Shown here: in pieces, positions 42,276 through 43,721 of the stretch
How the letters are laid out: every line of letters begins with the position of its first letter
Numbering within the stretch: the stretch's first letter is position 1
Source: a virus
Reading direction: 5' to 3' (one strand)
DNA length: 43,721 nt
IMG/VR virus record: IMGVR_UViG_3300035146_000036
Notes under the pieces: generated by a model
Databases searched by the model: none
What the model was told of the DNA's origin: nothing
Seen by the model: the letters and a program-made list of their open reading frames with translations, nothing else
Program-made: the position numbers and the translations under genes

Positions 42276-42713
42276 ATGGATATTGAAAAAGTAAGAAAAT
42301 ATTGTGATGAAGAAATCGAGACAGATGAAGAAGGAAATGAATGTGAATGTCAGAAGAAATTGTTTTTTATCGAAGTTACATTTGGGGGGGATAAAGGTTG
42401 TCTTTCTGATTTGATAGATGGTATTTATTATGGGATGGAAAGTGGAAATTTTGATTTTAGCAAAATGCTTAGTGTAGTTGAATGTGATTGTTATTGGATA
42501 GAGAAACATGAGTATTCAGGAGAAGATGTTGTAGCTTTTGATACTGATGAATATACTACTACAGCATGTTTAGATTGGGTTTTTGAGGATAGAAAAAGTG
42601 CTGAAGAACAAGTTGCTAAGATAGGATACGATTTTTTCAAAAGAGGATTTGAGTATTTTAGTAAACAAATACTGGATGTTGATTCTAAAAAACTATGGGA
42701 TATGGGTAGATAA
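42276..42713 (+). CDS. hypothetical acidic protein (145 aa)
   Basis: ORF. Confidence 0.55.
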   Translation: MDIEKVRKYCDEEIETDEEGNECECQKKLFFIEVTFGGDKGCLSDLIDGIYYGMESGNFDFSKMLSVVECDCYWIEKHEYSGEDVVAFDTDEYTTTACLDWVFEDRKSAEEQVAKIGYDFFKRGFEYFSKQILDVDSKKLWDMGR

Positions 42714-43180
42714 TGAACAAAAAAACGATAACAGTAAAAATGGGATATGTTGATAGACCAAATAAAAATGGATTTATTATTCCTAAGAAAGTTATGGAAC
42801 ATGCTATAAAAGAGAAATTTAAGGATAGTACTGTTTGGGGAATGCTTGGATGTACTTTGGATGGTAGGATTCAACTATCAAAAGTAACTCATTGTATTAA
42901 AGAACCTCCTGTTATAGAAGGAGATGAAATCATAGGAGAGATTTTATTAATGGAACATTCAGATATAAATCCTGATATTGGGATTGTTGAAGCTATGGAT
43001 GAGATTGTATGTGCTCCATGTGGATATGGTACCGTTAAAGACCGTGGAGATGGGGTGATGGAGGTTCAACCAGGTTATGAATTGATTTCTTTCAATATTG
43101 TTGCTCCAGATATTGGAACAGAAGAATCTGATAAGATTGTTGATAAATTTCTAAAAAATAGGATTAAGAAATATGAATAA
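42713..43180 (+). CDS. hypothetical protein (155 aa)
   Basis: ORF. Confidence 0.55.
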   Translation: MNKKTITVKMGYVDRPNKNGFIIPKKVMEHAIKEKFKDSTVWGMLGCTLDGRIQLSKVTHCIKEPPVIEGDEIIGEILLMEHSDINPDIGIVEAMDEIVCAPCGYGTVKDRGDGVMEVQPGYELISFNIVAPDIGTEESDKIVDKFLKNRIKKYE

Positions 43181-43529
43181 ACAGACAGCTAGAAAAATTG
43201 CTTATCGAAGAGCATGGTTGATTTTACAGTCAACTTTAGAGGCTGGATGGGAACCAAATGAATTGGGTAGCCATGATTATTCAAAAGTTGAATGTAGGAA
43301 GATTTTAATGGAGGTTGAAAATATATGTGAATATCTTTATAAAAAATCGAAAGGAAATCCAGAACAAAATTTGATTTATAATAAAGTGATGGAAAATGAA
43401 GATGAGGAATCTTGGGAGCAAGAAAGAATTGAAGCTGCTGAAAATATAGAAACTGGACATTGTGTTGATGGTCCATGTGCTTGTCCAAGATGTGTGGAAG
43501 CATATTTGGGAAAGTATAATATGGAATGA
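43173..43529 (+). CDS. hypothetical protein (118 aa)
   Basis: ORF. Confidence 0.5.
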   Translation: MNKQTARKIAYRRAWLILQSTLEAGWEPNELGSHDYSKVECRKILMEVENICEYLYKKSKGNPEQNLIYNKVMENEDEESWEQERIEAAENIETGHCVDGPCACPRCVEAYLGKYNME

Positions 43530-43711
43530 CAATTTTAATAAATAAAAAAATTGAAGTTAAAGATTTTGCTTCTGTTTATTATGGATATACTGGATGTATA
43601 ATAGAAAATTATGGAGATGAAATAATAGTAGACTTTTGGCCAGAATTGAATATCAAGGATTCATTTAGAAAATTGAAAAGAGACCAAATAAGATTTTTGG
43701 ATGAGATTTGA
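43526..43711 (+). CDS. hypothetical protein (61 aa)
   Basis: ORF. Confidence 0.4.
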   Translation: MTILINKKIEVKDFASVYYGYTGCIIENYGDEIIVDFWPELNIKDSFRKLKRDQIRFLDEI

Positions 43712-43721
43712 TGAAAGGATG

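Noticed and set aside
1-43721. Integrated mobile element / prophage boundaries (integrase, att sites, transposase)
   Set aside because: No recombinase or transposase motifs found. The permuted tRNA-like halves were considered as an attP-type tRNA fragment, but the matching 5' half lies immediately downstream, which argues for a permuted RNA gene instead.

Overview
This window looks like a 43.7-kb segment of a large, AT-rich, virulent-type phage genome: there are no integrase or transposase genes, and almost all genes lie on the + strand. Transcription appears host-sigma70-like, with repeated TTGACAAA(C/T)-N17-TAnnnT promoters.

Four blocks are recognisable:
- 1-5600: a tRNA island with small accessory genes (SLOG/DUF2493 protein, tandem paralogs, SAM-methyltransferase-like protein).
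- 5100-8520: an RNA-centred module, with aberrant tRNA-like RNAs (one circularly permuted) followed by a Ro60/Rsr-like TROVE+vWA protein and a translationally coupled unknown gene.
- 9950-11220: a second tRNA island (4 Ser, 2 Leu, Tyr-like, Phe).
- 12380-43700: a long + strand block, covered next.

The + strand block contains:
- an NYN-LOTUS RNase-like gene, a secreted metzincin-type protease, a metallophosphoesterase and a KTSC protein;
- two orphan DNA adenine/N4 methyltransferases, GroES, a SleB-like cell-wall hydrolase and a KH-domain protein;
- replication and recombination genes: DnaC-like loader, DnaB helicase, gp32-like SSB candidate, SF2 helicase, RecA/UvsX-like recombinase, VRR-NUC, RuvC-like and Cas4-like nucleases;
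- a Gp37/Gp68 protein and an Rnl2-family RNA ligase.

Non-coding signals worth attention:
- a family of seven 14-bp perfect palindromes (CGAACTCGAGTTCG) upstream of genes;
- a covarying 5'-UTR hairpin with an AGA loop upstream of the SD of six genes;
- three solitary CRISPR-repeat-like hairpin + TGGATTGAAAC elements;
- an ~860-bp GA-rich non-coding island;
- a candidate YrlA-like (Y RNA) permuted tRNA-like RNA next to the Ro60-like gene;
- two type-II tRNAs with non-canonical anticodons (UUU, UCU).
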